A stretch of DNA of 64,000 nt from an uncultured Ruficoccus sp. GTDB lineage: Bacteria; Verrucomicrobiota; Verrucomicrobiia; Opitutales; Cerasicoccaceae. A program made the position numbers and the translations under genes. The DNA lies in contig OZ223497.1 in the NCBI GenBank assembly GCA_965140785.1, positions 64,001 to 128,000 on the forward strand. The letters run 5' to 3'. Position 1 is the first letter of the stretch; every line of letters begins with the position of its first letter. The notes under the pieces were generated by a model. The model saw nothing but the letters and a program-made list of their open reading frames with translations. It did no database searches and had not been told where the DNA came from. Below are positions 1 to 9,703 of the stretch, piece after piece.

Positions 1-943
1 CGTAAACCACGCTCCCGGCGATCATGGCGGTGACGAGGTTGATCAGTAGCCAGGGGGTGCGGCGCTGGATACTCTGAAAGACCGGGTCGTTGATGGCCTC
101 GTCGCCCCCGGCACCCATCAGCATCTGGATGTCTTCGGTGGCCTCGGACTGGACGATGTCGAGCACGTCGTCGTGGGTGACCATCCCGACCAGGCGGTTG
201 TCCGCATCGACGACGGGGACGGAGTTGAGGTTGAGTTCGGCCATGGCGCGGGCAACCTGCTCCTGGTCCATATCGACCGGGCACACGCCCTGGAGGTCGC
301 GGTTCATGAAGTCCCGCAGGTAGTCCAGCGGGCCGTGCATGACCAGGTCGCGCATGGAGACCACGCCGAGCAGGCGGTTCTCCTCATCGACCACGTAAAC
401 GTAGAAAATATGCTCCAGCTCGTCGTTGAGGCGCTGGATGTGGCGGACGGTCTGGATGACCGTCATGGTGGGACGGGCGGTGGCGACCTCGGTCGTCATG
501 ATGCCCCCGGCGGTATCGGGGTCGTACGCGATCAGCTCGCGCATGGTGGCGGCGGTCTCGTCGTCCACCTTGCCCAGGAGGCGCTCGCGGTCGGCGTCCT
601 CCATCTCGTTGAAAATGTCCGCGCTGTCGTCCGGGTCGAGTTCCTCCAGGATCTTGATGGCTCGGGCCTCTCGCATCGCCTCAACCACATCGGCGGCGTC
701 CTCGGCGTCCATTTCCGAGAGAATGTCGGTCGTGTGTTCCAGCGGGATCAGCCGCAGGACATCGCGGCGACCGTCCACATCGAGCCGGGACAGGAAGCTC
801 CCCACCGTATAGGGAGAAGTCAGCTCCAGGCGGCGTCGGTCAAGCGCCTCCACCCCCTTGTCGGTGTAGATTTCGCGCAACTCGTCGAGGGAGTAGGCCT
901 CGGGTTCGGCGGGGGCGATGGGAGTATCTTTAACGTCAGCCAT
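1..943 (-). CDS. mgtE: Magnesium transporter MgtE (3' part runs off the window)
   Basis: Manual translation from ATG at 943 (not in ORF track): acidic N-domain, YDPDTAGGIMTTE, CBS-type IFYVYVVDEENRLLGVVSMRDL, then RRTPWLLINL at the start of the membrane domain. Start overlaps the upstream stop. Confidence 0.93.
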   Translation of the reverse strand, partial: MADVKDTPIAPAEPEAYSLDELREIYTDKGVEALDRRRLELTSPYTVGSFLSRLDVDGRRDVLRLIPLEHTTDILSEMDAEDAADVVEAMREARAIKILEELDPDDSADIFNEMEDADRERLLGKVDDETAATMRELIAYDPDTAGGIMTTEVATARPTMTVIQTVRHIQRLNDELEHIFYVYVVDEENRLLGVVSMRDLVMHGPLDYLRDFMNRDLQGVCPVDMDQEQVARAMAELNLNSVPVVDADNRLVGMVTHDDVLDIVQSEATEDIQMLMGAGGDEAINDPVFQSIQRRTPWLLINLVTAMIAGSVVY

Positions 944-1499
944 ACTTCTTTACCAGTTGGGTAAACGAACGGAAGGCGGGGTGACGGGCATCGCTGAGCA
1001 GGCTGTAGAAAATTGTCTCGGTCGGCAAGACATGACAATCGGAACGCCGGAGGGCCTCAAGGGCGGTCATGCCATCCCCGGCGCGGCGGCAGGCGAGGGC
1101 ATCAGAGAGCAGGGTGACGCCGAAGTCCTGATCGCGCGCGGCCAGCGCGGTCTGATAGACGCAGATGGGGGTCTCCAGGCCGGCGATGAGGATATGCTCG
1201 GTCTCGCCTTCGGTCAGGTAGGTGTCAATCCCGTCCGCCTCCATGCCGGAAAAGGCCTGCTTGGCGAAGACCGGGGCCTCCGGGGCCAGGCTGAGCAGCT
1301 CGGGCAGGGTGGGGCCGAGCTTGTCGGGCATTTGTTCGGTGAAGACGACGTCGATCCCCATCAGGCGGGCGGCGCTCACGGCCAGCGAGCAACGCCCCAC
1401 CACCTGCTCTCGCTCGGACATGACTTTCAGGAAGCTCTCCTGCATGTCGAGGACAAGCAGGATGATTTTGCGGGCGAGTTGGCCGGATTCGTCGTTCAT
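936..1499 (-). CDS. Isochorismatase-family hydrolase
   Basis: LLVLDMQE, FTEQMPDKLGPT, KQAFS and GLETPICVYQT motifs. Confidence 0.9.
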   Translation of the reverse strand: MNDESGQLARKIILLVLDMQESFLKVMSEREQVVGRCSLAVSAARLMGIDVVFTEQMPDKLGPTLPELLSLAPEAPVFAKQAFSGMEADGIDTYLTEGETEHILIAGLETPICVYQTALAARDQDFGVTLLSDALACRRAGDGMTALEALRRSDCHVLPTETIFYSLLSDARHPAFRSFTQLVKKYG

Positions 1500-1515
1500 G
1501 GGCGGGTACAGTAAA

Positions 1516-2190
1516 CTAGATATAGGCTTTACGCGCGGAAACTTGTAAGAATTTCTCCGCTTCCACGTCGTAGGCGGTCAGCTTGCCGCCATACACGCAG
1601 CCGGTGTCGATGCACAGCGACCAGGGACGGCGGAAGATCTCCGGGCGGGGCGTGTGGCCGCAGATGACGAAGGGCGGGCCCTTCCAGCGCTCGGCCCAGC
1701 TAATGCCGTTGGTCATTTTCGAACGCTTGCCGTAAACGGCGGGGTTGTCGGGATCGATGACCTGGATGGAGGTCACCACTTCGGCGTCTTGCTCAGTCCA
1801 GGCCCGGTCTGACAGGAACCCGCCATGCACGAAGACCGCCTCCGCCTCGGGATAGGAAATCGTCAGCTCCAGGCTCTCCAGAAAGGCCCAGTCCTCGGGC
1901 CCAATCTGCTTCAGGGTGGGCCAGTCGTAGTCCTTGAGGAGGGAGGGGTCGCCCTCGTGGCGGTAGCGCAGCAGCCGAAGCTCGTGGTTGCCCAGGAGGC
2001 AGCGGGCGTTGCCGAGGGATTCGACGCGCTTGAGGACCCGGGCGGAGTCGGGGCCGCGGTTGATCAGGTCGCCCAGAAAAATCAGTGTGTCGTCCACGCT
2101 CGGGGCAATTTTGTCGAGCATCTCCTCCAATTCGTCGGCACAGCCGTGCACGTCTCCGATTGCGATGAGTCTTCCTTTCGCGTCCCCCAT
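1516..2190 (-). CDS. Metallophosphoesterase (ApaH/PrpA-like)
   Basis: GDVHG, GDLINRGP, GNHE, VHGG, GHTP, IDTGCVYGG. Start placed at MGDAKG (2190), avoiding overlap with the divergent gene. Confidence 0.92.
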   Translation of the reverse strand: MGDAKGRLIAIGDVHGCADELEEMLDKIAPSVDDTLIFLGDLINRGPDSARVLKRVESLGNARCLLGNHELRLLRYRHEGDPSLLKDYDWPTLKQIGPEDWAFLESLELTISYPEAEAVFVHGGFLSDRAWTEQDAEVVTSIQVIDPDNPAVYGKRSKMTNGISWAERWKGPPFVICGHTPRPEIFRRPWSLCIDTGCVYGGKLTAYDVEAEKFLQVSARKAYI

Positions 2191-2263
2191 GATTAATTCA
2201 GGCTTTTTCCTTGTAGCAGGCCCTACCATGCAAACAATTCCTTCCGACTGGAACAAAAAAACT

Positions 2264-2758
2264 ATGGATTGGCAGTTTAAACCCCCGGCCCGCGAGTCTT
2301 CCGTCTCGGGCGAAGCTTTCTCCGAAGGCGAAATCGTCGTGTGCATCCTCCACCTGGACGAGGAGAATCAGCTCCAGCGCGCCGATCTGCGCGAGGAGGA
2401 GGCGGACAATTTCACCGCGCCGGGCGGTATCTTGGGTCGCTGGCGCCGCGAGGTCAAAGCCCCCAACGAGGAAGCCAAGGAAGCCCGCCGCCAGCTCATG
2501 GCAACGACCGAGGAGCTGTTTTTATCCCTCTTTGAAGAGTCCGATCCCGAGGGCGAGCAGGACCGCGCCGTCCTCAAGCAACTGCTTGCCCTCATGCTCG
2601 AGCGCAAGCGCGTGCTCCGGCGCACCGGCCCGATGGTGGACGGCGTCCAGCGCTATCGCCATCCCAAGCAGGAGCGCGAGTATGACGTGCCGATGGACGA
2701 CCTCGACCCCGAAAAACTCACCCGCGTGCAAGAGCAACTCCAACTCCTCGTCGTCTAA
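2264..2758 (+). CDS. Hypothetical protein
   Basis: MDWQFKPPARES...LLALMLERKRVLR; host-like codon usage; fills the gap divergent from the phosphoesterase. Start uncertain. Confidence 0.7.
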   Translation: MDWQFKPPARESSVSGEAFSEGEIVVCILHLDEENQLQRADLREEEADNFTAPGGILGRWRREVKAPNEEAKEARRQLMATTEELFLSLFEESDPEGEQDRAVLKQLLALMLERKRVLRRTGPMVDGVQRYRHPKQEREYDVPMDDLDPEKLTRVQEQLQLLVV

Positions 2759-3017
2759 GCAGGGCAGGCCCTGGACCCTGAATATTCCGCCTCTGGATAG
2801 CATTTCCTGGAGAAATGCCATGGGGCGCACGGACGTTTTGTTCTGAATGCCTAACCAGAAAGGCCCGCAAAACCCGCTCGATTTTTACTCCGATACGAGC
2901 GAGTAAATGCAAACCTTCTCCTGAGGCAGGCGCCTTTTGGCGCCGATGGGGCGATTTGCTGGTCCAGCCGGACCCCCATTGCGGTGCAAAGCACCGAGGG
3001 TGCAGGGCATGCCCTGC

Positions 3018-4109
3018 CTAGAAGAGGACGCTCATGTTGAGCGAACCGAACCACTGGCCGCCGCTTTCGCCGTCGAATTCGTTCGAGCGCCAGTTCATGG
3101 TAAAGTTGCACATGACCGGACCGGTCGTGACGCCGACGCCCGCGCTGAAGTCGCCCACCCAGTTTTTCATCCCGATGCTGGCACTGTTGGCGAAGGTGTT
3201 GCCCTGAAGGAAGATGTTGCGGCCCATGATGTACTGTTGCGTCCCGGCGAAGCCGTAGATGCTGAAGTCGAGGCCATCGGCCAGGCGGGGATCGCCGTCG
3301 TCTACCGGGTTGCCGTAGGTGCCCGATGAGCTGATAAGGGAGGTGCCGTAGTCGTGGGGGATGTTATAGCCGGCGCGGAACATGAACCCGGCGTTGCCAT
3401 AGACATACACGTTACCGGCGGTGAACCCGGCGTTGCCCACGAAGTCCGCCCCGAAGGTCTGCTTGGTCTCTTCGGTCAGCACGTAGCGCCAGTAGCGCTG
3501 CCAAGACAGGTTAAAGGCGAATTCGTTGGCCAGTTGGTTGTTCCACCCCTGTGGCTCCGTGCCATTGAGAATGTCGTCGTGGATGAATTTCTGCGTCGCC
3601 TCGGCGCCGGACCATGAACCGACCACACCGAAGGAAAGCTCGAACACGTCCATGCGGTTTTCGCCTTGGACAATGAAGGACGGGGCTAGGTACAGCCAGC
3701 CGGCCCACGGACGGTCATTGGGCTGAGGGGTCGAGATGGAGATGTCGGCCGGGGTGTACATGTTCTGTCCGAAGCTGAAACCGACCCGGTACAGATTGTG
3801 GTCGTAGTCTTCAGAGAAGGGCAGGGTGGAGACTATAAACTGTGCCCAGTCCGGCAGTTTCGAGGAAAAATCGCTCTGCGCCCACTCCGGGCTGTCGGTA
3901 GGCGTGTCCCACGTCCGCACGTCGGCCAGCGTCCAGTTGAATTGCAGCCCGTTGGTGTACCATTTATCGGTCCCGGCGTAGGTGTCGTTCTCCCACTTGA
4001 AGGAGAAATTATCGGCGGCAGCGGCCTTGCCGTTTTCGATCACGGCTTCCTGAGCGAATGTGGACAGGCCCAGGCACAAAGTAAATACGGTAGCATACAA
4101 CTTTTTCAT
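3018..4109 (-). CDS. Outer-membrane beta-barrel, LpxR/DUF2219 lipid A deacylase family
   Basis: Signal peptide; ENDTYAGTDKWYTNG, GQNMYTP, DRPWAGWLY, QGWNNQL, NIFLQGNTF; C-terminal Phe. Confidence 0.85.
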   Translation of the reverse strand: MKKLYATVFTLCLGLSTFAQEAVIENGKAAAADNFSFKWENDTYAGTDKWYTNGLQFNWTLADVRTWDTPTDSPEWAQSDFSSKLPDWAQFIVSTLPFSEDYDHNLYRVGFSFGQNMYTPADISISTPQPNDRPWAGWLYLAPSFIVQGENRMDVFELSFGVVGSWSGAEATQKFIHDDILNGTEPQGWNNQLANEFAFNLSWQRYWRYVLTEETKQTFGADFVGNAGFTAGNVYVYGNAGFMFRAGYNIPHDYGTSLISSSGTYGNPVDDGDPRLADGLDFSIYGFAGTQQYIMGRNIFLQGNTFANSASIGMKNWVGDFSAGVGVTTGPVMCNFTMNWRSNEFDGESGGQWFGSLNMSVLF

Positions 4110-4273
4110 AGTAGTCAGACAGTCAAAAAGCAGGTTGCACTTCAGGTAAACTCTTTGATGTCAATTGGCTAACCTGCTTGCAATCGTTTTTTTACCGCGT
4201 TGTCACAGTTAAAACTCTTGTCATTTCGGGGTTGAATCTCTGCGCAATGCCCCTATTAGGTTACTGTTTTGCT

Positions 4274-4361
4274 GGAGAGGTGGCAGAGTGGCCGATTGTG
4301 CCTGACTCGAAATCAGGTGTACCGCAAGGTACCGGGGGTTCGAATCCCTCCCTCTCCGCCA
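4274..4361 (+). tRNA. tRNA-Ser(CGA)
   Basis: GGAGAGG/CCTCTCC acceptor stem plus GCCA end; anticodon arm cctga-ctCGAaa-tcagg; long variable arm; GGTTCGAATCC T-arm. Confidence 0.97.
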
Positions 4362-4787
4362 CAAACGCTCGGCGTTTGATCCGATTGAGGGGCTCCGCCC
4401 CTACGGTGTTGCGCACCTACCCCTCGTGGTTTCGATGGCATAGGAAAAGTTCGCATTCTCTTTCCCCGCGCCCGCCATGTTAATGGCGAACTAGGGTTAC
4501 CCTTAGATTTCAAAATTTCGCGGTTGTGACCAACCAAACGTGCTCGGCTAACGCCTTGTTTTTCAAGGGCTTTGTAACCTTTTTTGAATTCAAGACGCAG
4601 TTTTGGTTTTCCAAAAACAGGTTCGAACCGACTTTTTCGAGTGTTTTGCGCTTTTCCTCGGAATCGCTCTGCGGTTCCAGTTTCAGCGCTTCAACACTGG
4701 CCGTAAGGACTTCCGTTTCACTCGCTTGGTGCAGTGGTAGAAAGTGTAGGTGTGGACATTGCCATTCTTCTGACCTGCCTACGCAAA

Positions 4788-4873
4788 CGGTATCGCTTGC
4801 CTTTCATCGTCTGAGTCCTTTCTAAGCACTCAGACCAACTTTGCAAGTGGCCCAGTTTACGTGGACACGGTCA
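4788..4873 (-). mobile_element. IS3-family left-end remnant
   Basis: Minus strand reads TGACCGTGTCCACGTAAACTGGGCCA...AGAAAGGA...ATGAAAGGCAAGCGATAC (MKGKRY). Similar to 52886-52954 and to the ends of the IS at 35531-36851. Confidence 0.75.
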
Positions 4874-5195
4874 AATCGTCATCGGTACTTGAACTAAACT
4901 CCCGCTTACTGGGCTGCTGGCTGGGTAAATCAATCGGTAGTACGCTTGGGCTGCCTGCCGAAGGCCGCATGGACCGGCTGCACTACACGTTCTACGAGCC
5001 GGTGCCAACTGTCGCTCCGCTGACCCGGCCCGTCAAACGGTTAAACTGCCCGCAGGCAAGCACGAGATCCGTCTGGAGCTGTATGAAAAATCACCCGAGC
5101 AGGATGCGACGGTATATCTGGCCTATCCGAATTTGCACATCGCCCCGTGGACATCTGAAGAACTGCCGAAGTTGGCGCAACTCCCAGAAGCCTGA
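4874..5195 (+). pseudogene. ADP-ribosylglycohydrolase-family remnant (N-terminus joined out of frame to a probable C-terminus)
   Basis: LNSRLLGCWLGKSIGSTLGLPAEG matches the 31209-31532 ORF. After about 5020 another frame reads TVKLPAGKHEIRLELYEK...LPEA-stop. Confidence 0.7.
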
Positions 5196-5235
5196 ACGGT
5201 TTCCATTAACCGCTTGTATTCAAAAAATCATTACT

Positions 5236-6324
5236 ATGTCTGATAAACTAAAAATCGGTATCCTCGGCTGTGGAAACATGGCGCAAATGGCGCACATTCC
5301 GGCCTTCAAATCGCTGGCCAACGCCGATGTCGTTGCCCTGTGTGATTTTCGTTTAGACGTCGCTCAAGCCTTGTGTACTCGTTGGGATGTCCCCAACGCC
5401 TGTGCCAGCCTTGAGGACATGCTGGCATTGGATATCGACGCTGTCGCGGTTCTGACGCCTGCGCATAGTCATTTGCGTGACATTCGGCTTTCACTGGAGG
5501 CGGGTAAGCATGTTTTTACCGAGAAGCCTGCCGCCATGTGTGTCGAGTCGGTACGCGAGCTTCAGCAGGTGGCCCAGAAGGCAGGAAAAACCGTCAGGGT
5601 CGGCTACATGAAGCGGCACGAGCAAAACATCTGCGAATTGCTGAAGCTTCAATCCGCAGGTGACTGGGGAAAGCTGCTCTTTGTGCGCACGCATTCGTTC
5701 ATCGGTAGTCACTGGGATGCCGCAGTGGGGAGTCTGGTTCGCCCGATTACTTCAAGCGAAATCCCGCCTTTCGATGCCTCGGTGCTCGATCCCGGACCGG
5801 GTTGGCTGGACGCTCCGCGTGACAAGTGTTTTTACAGCTTCGACAACCCATACTTTGGCCTGCTCGATACCGGCTCACACTCGGTCAATCTGCTGCGCTA
5901 CCTGACGGGAACAACGCCAAGTGTCAAAGGCGTGCGCAACAGCGGGCCAGTGCGCCTGGTGGATTTCGACTTTGGCGGGGTGCCAGGTGTGTTGGAGTTT
6001 TGCGTGAACTTCGCCATGGAGCGTTGGGACGAAGTGACCGAGCTTTACTTTGAAAAGGCCAGTGTAACGATCAAAACGCCGCCACCGCTGGACCGGCAGA
6101 CCTCCGCGCAGGTCGAGATCTACACCGAGGCCGACGGTCGCCACGAAAACCTTGTGTTGGAGAACAATCGCCGCTGGGCCTTCCAGCGACAGGCAGAGTC
6201 CTTTGTTCAGCAGGCGCTTGCCGGCGAAACTGGAACCGATCTGGAAGAGGCCGAGCAGGATGTTGCTTTGATCGAGCAAATCTACCGCCTGGAAACCGGG
6301 GCAGTCGTTCTCGCTGAATCCTGA
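5236..6324 (+). CDS. Gfo/Idh/MocA-family oxidoreductase
   Basis: KIGILGCGNMA, GKHVFTEKP, VGYMKR, DTGSH. Start at MSDKLK rather than 4861. Confidence 0.92.
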   Translation: MSDKLKIGILGCGNMAQMAHIPAFKSLANADVVALCDFRLDVAQALCTRWDVPNACASLEDMLALDIDAVAVLTPAHSHLRDIRLSLEAGKHVFTEKPAAMCVESVRELQQVAQKAGKTVRVGYMKRHEQNICELLKLQSAGDWGKLLFVRTHSFIGSHWDAAVGSLVRPITSSEIPPFDASVLDPGPGWLDAPRDKCFYSFDNPYFGLLDTGSHSVNLLRYLTGTTPSVKGVRNSGPVRLVDFDFGGVPGVLEFCVNFAMERWDEVTELYFEKASVTIKTPPPLDRQTSAQVEIYTEADGRHENLVLENNRRWAFQRQAESFVQQALAGETGTDLEEAEQDVALIEQIYRLETGAVVLAES

Positions 6325-6370
6325 GTCTGTATCCATCGTTCAATACAATTATTTATTCAACGAACACTCC

Positions 6371-7372
6371 ATGAAAATCGCCCATCATCTCGGACAGTCC
6401 AAAGTTGTCATTGAAGAAGTCTCCAAACCCGTGCCCAAAGCCGGTGAGGTCTTAGTCAAGAACGTCGTCTCCGCTCTTTGCGGGAGCGAGATGAACGACT
6501 ACCGCAAGGACGGGATACCCGGTGGCAACAATGGCCACGAGGCTGCCGGTGTCGTGGCTGAACTTGGCGAGGGTGTCACCTCATTGGAGGTCGGCCAGCG
6601 CGTCGGCGTCAGTGCGATCTCCGGTTGCGGAAAGTGCGACTACTGCAAAAAGGGTCAGTACACCTGGTGCGACAATTTTAGCTTCTATGGCAACATGCAT
6701 GCAGAGTATTTCGTCATCGCCGCGCATGCCTGCCACATCATCCCGGACGGCATTCCCTGGGAAGTCGGTGTGCTTATTACCGGTGACGGGTTAGGCGTGC
6801 CTTATCATACCTCCCGCAAGATCGCCTCGCCCGAAGTCGAGACGGTGGCGGTCTTCGGGCTCGGACCGATCGGCTTGGGAAATGTCCTTGTGCAAAGCCA
6901 TCTGGGCCGCCGCGTCATCGGGATCGACCTCTCGCCCGACCGCCGCGCACTCGCCGTGGACATGGGGGCGAGCGATGTCATCGCCGCCGATCAGGTCAAG
7001 GATATGCGTGAAGCCGTGGCGGAACTGACCGGCGGCATGGGGGCGGATGTGTGCATTGAGGCGGCGGGTATTCCCGTGACCGCGCGCCAGTGTTTTGCTT
7101 GTACGCGTAAGGGCGGTATCGTTGTCTTTAACGGCGAACAGCCGAAGCTCGAACTCTCCCCGAGCGAAGATTTTATCCGCCGCGATATTACCGCCATCGG
7201 CTCGTGGTTCTATCATTTCTGCGAGTATCCGGCCATGCGCAAGGCCTACGAAAACGGCCTGCGCGTGGACAAACTCGTCACTCACCAATATCCCTTTGAT
7301 CAAGTTTCCGACGCCTACCTGGCCATGGCCAACGGCAAATCCGGGAAGGTTCTCCTAAAATATGGGCAGTGA
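6371..7372 (+). CDS. Zinc-dependent alcohol/polyol dehydrogenase
   Basis: LCGSE, GHE, CGKCDYC...C structural zinc site, GLGPIG. Confidence 0.93.
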   Translation: MKIAHHLGQSKVVIEEVSKPVPKAGEVLVKNVVSALCGSEMNDYRKDGIPGGNNGHEAAGVVAELGEGVTSLEVGQRVGVSAISGCGKCDYCKKGQYTWCDNFSFYGNMHAEYFVIAAHACHIIPDGIPWEVGVLITGDGLGVPYHTSRKIASPEVETVAVFGLGPIGLGNVLVQSHLGRRVIGIDLSPDRRALAVDMGASDVIAADQVKDMREAVAELTGGMGADVCIEAAGIPVTARQCFACTRKGGIVVFNGEQPKLELSPSEDFIRRDITAIGSWFYHFCEYPAMRKAYENGLRVDKLVTHQYPFDQVSDAYLAMANGKSGKVLLKYGQ

Positions 7373-7426
7373 GCGGATCGACGGACGAGCCGTCGTCGGC
7401 CATCATTTTATGGATGTTTGACGATA

Positions 7427-8142
7427 GGCATGCATAGCGTGGGTTTTGTGATGAACCGATGAGTCTTATGGCTTGTCTGTACTGTATATTGTTCTATGTC
7501 CGTTTTTCATCATCGCCGATTTTCTCGGCCTGAGGTTTTGGCTTCGATCCGACCTGAATTGCTGCGGCGTTTTCTTACGCCCTATCAATCGTATTTTCAC
7601 GGAGGTGGATTCGATATGAAGTGTCTGAATCATCGGGCCGGGCCAGTTGAGTTGACGCATCTGTCGGACGTACTGATGACGACAGAGTCGGGCATTCCTC
7701 CAGAGGTAGCGAATGCCCTCTACGCTGTCCACGAAGTGGCAGTAGAAGAGAACACGGAGCTTCTGGAAATGCTCGCGTCCTCGGAGGAGGTGCCTCTTGA
7801 GCCGGATTCGACGTTGCTGGAGCTTGCGCTCAGCCTGTGGATGAGCGCTCCGAAGGCGCTCAAATGGGTTCACCAGCATCAGTCCTGTGAGCGCAAGCGC
7901 TCTTTCGAGTATTTCAGTACGGCGGGAGATGCTTCGTCTGATTTTTCTCTGAGTGCGGAAGGGATTCGTCAGTTGGAGCAAAGTCTGTCCTATTACTTCA
8001 AAAAGAAGGATTGGGGCCATGGCTGTCGTATCAGTCATCGTTCGCAGCCAAACGAGCACTGGTTCTTAGTCAGCCATGGTGAGCGCTATAAGCGACAGGC
8101 GACATGGGAAGAGGGTCGGATGGGTACAATTGGCTTCCGGCC
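7427..8142 (+). repeat. About 700-bp direct repeat, copy 1 (copy 2 at 31509-32204)
   Basis: Near-identical from ggca[t/a]gcatagcgtgg to ggcttccggcc, covering the upstream region and 5' half of module gene A. Confidence 0.95.
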
Positions 8143-8605
8143 TGAGCGGTATGACCTCATCATCTACGATGCCCTGACGGAGGAATTGTGCGTCAATGCG
8201 CAGACGCCTACGCAGCGCGAGCACTACCGAAAGCTGTTTGGTTTCTATCTCTTCGGGCAGGAGAACTACTTCCCGGGTCGCAGCAAATATACGCTTGAGC
8301 CTCTGCTACGGGACGGTGCGACGGCCTTGTTTACAGGCGACATCCCCGAGATCGAGTCGGTCCGTCTGAGCGAATTGAGCTATGTGATTGATGGAAATTA
8401 TGAGGAGGTCGTCACCCATAAGGCGTATGATGTCTTTGCCTCAATGGAACAGCACCGAGAGCACATTCCACCAGGTGCCCGTTTGTTGAAAGCGACCTTC
8501 AAGTTGCGTTATACTGGTCACTCGAAAGAGCGTACACTGACGCTGAAACCATCCAACGTGGCGCTATACACCCGAGACGGTGACGGCCCTATATTGGATG
8601 GCTGA
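7496..8605 (+). CDS. Hypothetical protein (unknown module gene A)
   Basis: 369-aa ORF with a conserved second (decayed) copy. No recognised catalytic motif; possible frameshift near the stop. Confidence 0.75.
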   Translation: MSVFHHRRFSRPEVLASIRPELLRRFLTPYQSYFHGGGFDMKCLNHRAGPVELTHLSDVLMTTESGIPPEVANALYAVHEVAVEENTELLEMLASSEEVPLEPDSTLLELALSLWMSAPKALKWVHQHQSCERKRSFEYFSTAGDASSDFSLSAEGIRQLEQSLSYYFKKKDWGHGCRISHRSQPNEHWFLVSHGERYKRQATWEEGRMGTIGFRPERYDLIIYDALTEELCVNAQTPTQREHYRKLFGFYLFGQENYFPGRSKYTLEPLLRDGATALFTGDIPEIESVRLSELSYVIDGNYEEVVTHKAYDVFASMEQHREHIPPGARLLKATFKLRYTGHSKERTLTLKPSNVALYTRDGDGPILDG

Positions 8606-8644
8606 AGCGGCGGGAATTTGTAGTTCGAGACCGGGTGAAGGGGC

Positions 8645-9688
8645 ATGAGCAGAGTGAGTATGTTCTGGCGGTCGGTTGAGGACATTGGTTCCGGGGCACG
8701 GGACGCCGCGCTGCAACGCTATCTGAGCAAAAGCTACGAGCAGATTCGCCCGTACCTGATGCCGTGTGCTGACTTGACGAGGCACATCGCTTGTGAGCGA
8801 ACGAGGGAGGGGCATTACTGCAAATACCGGATTGCGGATGTGCCAGAGGAGGACGGGACCTACGCCGCGATGTGCGATGAGCATTTCTGTCCGACTAAAT
8901 TCTACAGCCGCGAGGAGTTGGTCCGTTACACTATCAATCCGCAGATACTGCTTCCGGCCATCGCTCGATGTCTGGGGTTGCATCCGCAGATCAGTTCCAT
9001 CGTGGATGACGTATGGAGCCTGGGGCAAGTTCCGGGAACACCGACCGTGGCTCCGGTCTTGTTTACGCGAGTCAAGGATGCGTGTGCCATGCGGCGGGTC
9101 CTCCAGTCACTGATCGTTGAGGAAATCTCTCGCTTCGTTCTGGTGACGCCGACGGCCCGTTATTGTGTGGGAGGGCATCGTGCGTCTTTGCTATCGCGAT
9201 TTGAAGGGCAGATTCTCCCTTTGGAGGAGGTCACGGAGATGAAAGGCCACGAACCTGTTCTGACCGAAGCCGGAGGGGTACGCTGGCAAAAGGTAAAGGA
9301 ACTCGTCGGAGGGGCGACCGTGCTTGGAGCCACATTCCCGACGCCGCCGGGTGCGGATTGGCACGATCTCACCCTCGTGTTTCGAGACGGCCACACGGTG
9401 ACGGCCTCCATCGGCTCAGTCCGGGAGATTTACACGTTTCAGGACATGGGGATGGTGAACCGAAACACTCTCACCCCTGACGAGCAGTGGCAATTGCTCT
9501 ACCACTTTGCCGAAGAGATGGGCGTATTTACGTGGAGAAGCCAGCACGCCGATCATCGTAACAAGAAGCGCAAAGGGCGCTTGGCTTCGCGTCTGAGAGC
9601 GTTCTTTGGGATTCTTGGTAATCCCTTCGCTTACCGCAGGGAAGATGGCGGCTGGGAAGCTGTTTTTAACATTCGTATCGAATCATAA
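8645..9688 (+). CDS. Hypothetical protein (module gene B), Cys-rich N-terminus, possible C-terminal nucleic-acid-binding domain
   Basis: 347-aa ORF in operon; Cys cluster (IACE, HYCK, AMCDEHFC); basic C-terminus NKKRKGRLASRLRAFFG. Confidence 0.7.
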   Translation: MSRVSMFWRSVEDIGSGARDAALQRYLSKSYEQIRPYLMPCADLTRHIACERTREGHYCKYRIADVPEEDGTYAAMCDEHFCPTKFYSREELVRYTINPQILLPAIARCLGLHPQISSIVDDVWSLGQVPGTPTVAPVLFTRVKDACAMRRVLQSLIVEEISRFVLVTPTARYCVGGHRASLLSRFEGQILPLEEVTEMKGHEPVLTEAGGVRWQKVKELVGGATVLGATFPTPPGADWHDLTLVFRDGHTVTASIGSVREIYTFQDMGMVNRNTLTPDEQWQLLYHFAEEMGVFTWRSQHADHRNKKRKGRLASRLRAFFGILGNPFAYRREDGGWEAVFNIRIES

Positions 9689-9703
9689 TCAAAGAACAGA
9701 AAC

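Noticed and set aside
90..1548. Plus-strand ORFs opposite mgtE and the isochorismatase (likewise those opposite metE and the symporters)
   Set aside because: Antisense shadows of well-supported genes in GC-rich DNA, with no motifs of their own.
4861..6324. 487-aa ORF as a single fusion protein
   Set aside because: Its first 125 codons cross an IS end and an out-of-frame pseudogene; the oxidoreductase starts at 5236.
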